This document shows, piece after piece, positions 61,101-64,000 of a stretch of DNA of 64,000 bases. Position 1 is the stretch's first letter. Each line of letters opens with the position of its first letter. A model generated the notes under the pieces. That model had not been told where the DNA came from. It saw only the letters and a program-made list of their open reading frames with translations, and made no database searches. Position numbers and translations under genes: made by a program. The DNA comes from Eledone cirrhosa. Taxonomy: Eukaryota. The stretch lies in the NCBI GenBank assembly GCA_964016885.1, contig OZ024744.1, positions 90,954,001 to 91,018,000 on the forward strand, written 5' to 3'.

Positions 61101-64000
61101 ATGTGTGTGTGTCTTTCTCTATGTGTACGTGTGTGTGTCTTTCTCTATGTTTGTATGTGTGCGTGAGTCTTTCTCTATGTTTGTATGTGTGCATGTGTCT
61201 TTCTCTGTTTGTATGTTTGTGTCTTTCTCTATGTGTATGTGTGTATCTTTCTCTATGTTTGTATGTGTGAGTGCGTCTTTCTCTATGTGTATGTGTGTGT
61301 GTCTTTCTCTATGTGTATGTGTGTGTGTCTTTCTCTATGTTTGTATGTGTGTGTGTGTGTCTTTTTCTATGTGTATGTGTGTGTGTGTGTGTGTCTTTCT
61401 CTATGTGTATGTGTGTGTGTCTTTCTCTATGTGTGTGTATGTGTGTGTGTCTTTCTCTATGTGTATGTGTGTATGTGTCTTTCTCTATGTGTGTATGTGT
61501 GTGTGTGTGTCTTTCTCTATGTGTGTATGTGTGTGTGTGTCTTTCTCTATGTGTATGTGTGTGTGTCTTTCTCTATGTCTGTATGTGTGTGTGTATCTTT
61601 CTCTATGTGTATGTGTGTGTGTGTGTTTGTCTTTCTCTATGTGTATGTGTGTGTGTCTTTCTCTATGGGTGTATGTGTGTGTGTGTCTTTCTCTATGTTT
61701 GTATGTGTGTGTGTGTCTTTCTCTATTTGTGTATGTGTGTGTGTCTTTCTCTATGTTTGTATGTGTGTGTGTGTGTCTTTCTCTATGTGTATGTGTGTGT
61801 AACTGTCTATGTTTGTATGTGGGTGTGTGTCTTTCTCTATGTTTGTATGTGTGTGTCTTTCTCTATGTTTGTATGTGTGTGTGTCTTTCTCTATGTGTAT
61901 GTGTTTGTGTCTTTCTCTATGTGTGTATGTGTATTTCTCTATGTGTATGTGTGTGTGTCTTTCTCTATGTGTGTATGTGTGTGTGTGTCTTTCTCTATGT
62001 GTATGTGTGAGTGTCTTTCTCTATGTGTGTATGTGTGTGTGTCTTTCTCTATGTGTGTATGTGTGTGTGTCTTTCTCTATGTTTGTATGTGTATGTGTGT
62101 CTTTCTATGTTTGTATGTGTGTCTTTCTCTATGTTTGTATGTGTGTGTGTGTCTTTCTCTATGTTTGTATGTGTGTGTGTGTCTTTCTCTATGTGTATGT
62201 GTGTGTGTCTTTCTCTATGTTTGTATGTGTGTGTGTCTTTCTCTATGTGTATGTGTGTGTGTGTCTTTATGTTTGTATGTGTGTGTGTGTCTTTCTGTTT
62301 GTATGTGTGTGTGTGGCTTTCTGTTTGTATGTGTGTGTGTGTCTTTCTCTATGTTTCTATGTGTGTGTGTCTTTCTCTATGTTTGTATGTGTGTGTGTCT
62401 TTCTCCATGTGTATGTCTGTGTGTCTTTCTCTATGTTTGTATGTGTGTGTGTCTTTCTCTATGTTTGTATGTGTGTGTGTGTCTTTCTCTATGTTTGTAT
62501 GTGTGTGTGTGTCTTTCTCTATGTTTGTATGTGTGTGTGTCTTTCTCTATGTTTGTATGTGTGTGTGTGTCTTTCTCTATGTTTGTATGTGTGTGTGTCT
62601 TTCTCTATGTTTGTATGTGTGTGTGTCTTTCTCTATATGTATGTGTGTGTGTCTTTCTCTATATGTGTATGCGTGTGTGTCTTTCTCTATATGTGTGTGT
62701 GTGTGTCTTTCTCTATGTGTATGTGTGTGCGTCTTTCTCTATGTTTCTATGTGTGTGTGTCTTTCTCTATGTGTATGTGTGTGTCTTTCTCTATGTTTGT
62801 ATGTGTGTGTGTCTTTCTCTATGTGTATGTGTGTGGGTCTTTCTCTATGTATGTGTGTGTGTGTCTTTCTCTATGTGTGTATGGGTGTGTGTCTTTCTCT
62901 ATGTTTGTATGTGTGTGTGTCTTTCTCTATGTTTGTATGCGTGTGTGTGTCATTCTCTATGTGTGTATGTGTGTGTGTATTTCTATGTTTGTATGTGTGT
63001 GTGTCTTTCTCTATGTTTGTATGTGTGTGTGTGTCTTTATGTTTGTATGTGTGTGTGTGTCTTTATGTTTGTATGTGTATGTGTGTCTTTCTCGGTTTGT
63101 ATGTGTGTGTCTTTCTCTATGTTTGTATGTGTGTGTATCTTTCTCTATGTGTATATCTTTCTCTATGTTTGTATGTGTTTGTGTGTCTTTCTCTCTGTGT
63201 ATGTGTGTGTGTCTTTATCTATGTTTGTATGTGTGTCTGTGTCTTTCTCTATGTGTATATATGTGTGTGTCTTTCGCTAGGTTTGTATGTGTGTGTGTCT
63301 TTCTCTATGTTTGTATGTGTGTGTGTGTCTTTCTCTATGTTTGTATGTGTGTGTGTGTGTCTTTCTCTATGTGTATGTGTGTGTGTCTTTCTCTATGTTT
63401 GTATGCGTGAGTGTCTTTCTCTATATGTGTATGTGTGTGTGTGTCTTTCTCTATGTGTGTGTGTGTGTCTTTCTCTATGTTTGTATGTGTGTGTGTGTCT
63501 TTCTCTATGTGTATGTGTGTGTGTGTCTTTCTCTATGTTTTTATGTGTGTGTGTGTCTTTCTCTATGTGTATGTGTGTGTGTCTTTCTCTATGTTTGTAT
63601 GCGTGAGTGTCTTTCTCTATATGTGTATGTGTGTGTGTGTCTTTCTCTATGTGTGTGTGTGTGTCTTTCTCTATGTTTGTATGTGTGTGTGTGTCTTTCT
63701 CTATGTGTATGTGTGTGTGTGTCTTTCTCTATGTTTGTATGTGTGTGTGTCTTTATGTGTATGTGTGTGGGTCTTTCTCTATGTATATGTGTGTATGTCT
63801 TTCTCTATGTTTGTATGTGTGTGTCTTTCTCTATGTGTATGTGTGTGTGTGTCTTTCTCTATATATGTATGCGTGTGTGTCTTTCTCTATATGTGTGTGT
63901 GTCTTTCTTTATGTTTGTATGTGTGTGTCTTTCTCTATGTGTGTATGGGTGTGTGTCTTTCTCTATGTTTGTATGTGTGTGTGTCTTTCTCTATGTTTGT
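43200..64000. repeat. Large (TG)n-derived satellite, 24-32 bp monomer TCTTTCTCTATGT(T/G)TGTA(TG)n, >20.8 kb, runs off the window end
   Basis: Continuous array. Rare variant markers recur at about 11.23-11.29 kb spacing. Confidence 0.98.

Noticed and set aside
43169-63606. Very long Cys/Val-rich ORFs (up to 1990 aa)
   Set aside because: They are open in all three + frames because the TG/CT satellite rarely contains stop codons, and they show no domain structure.

Overview
This is repeat-saturated eukaryotic (animal) non-coding DNA with no confidently intact host gene. The SINE/RTE families and the microsatellite load resemble an octopus (cephalopod) genome, which is an inference. Nearly all long ORFs in the track are artefacts of microsatellites. 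The real content is: (i) 5'-truncated RTE-clade LINEs and many RTE 3'-UTR or SINE fragments with (ATG)n tails, one RTE carrying a C4HC3 PHD-type finger inside its RT C-terminal region; (ii) Helitrons, one with Rep/Hel remnants and a stack of three non-autonomous ones; (iii) TTAA, hAT and Tc1/mariner-type MITEs; (iv) Penelope-like remnants, including a GIY-YIG fragment and about ten type I hammerhead ribozyme motifs (six intact by hand-folding, four degenerate) from at least four sequence families, several inside fold-back inversions; (v) satellites grown from retroelement 3' ends (about 45 bp, 112 bp x8, 74 bp x about 40), a 2.9 kb 8-bp microsatellite, and a >20.8 kb (TG)n-TCTTTCTCTA satellite with an about 11.25 kb higher-order period. 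All structures were derived by eye, with no database searches or folding software.
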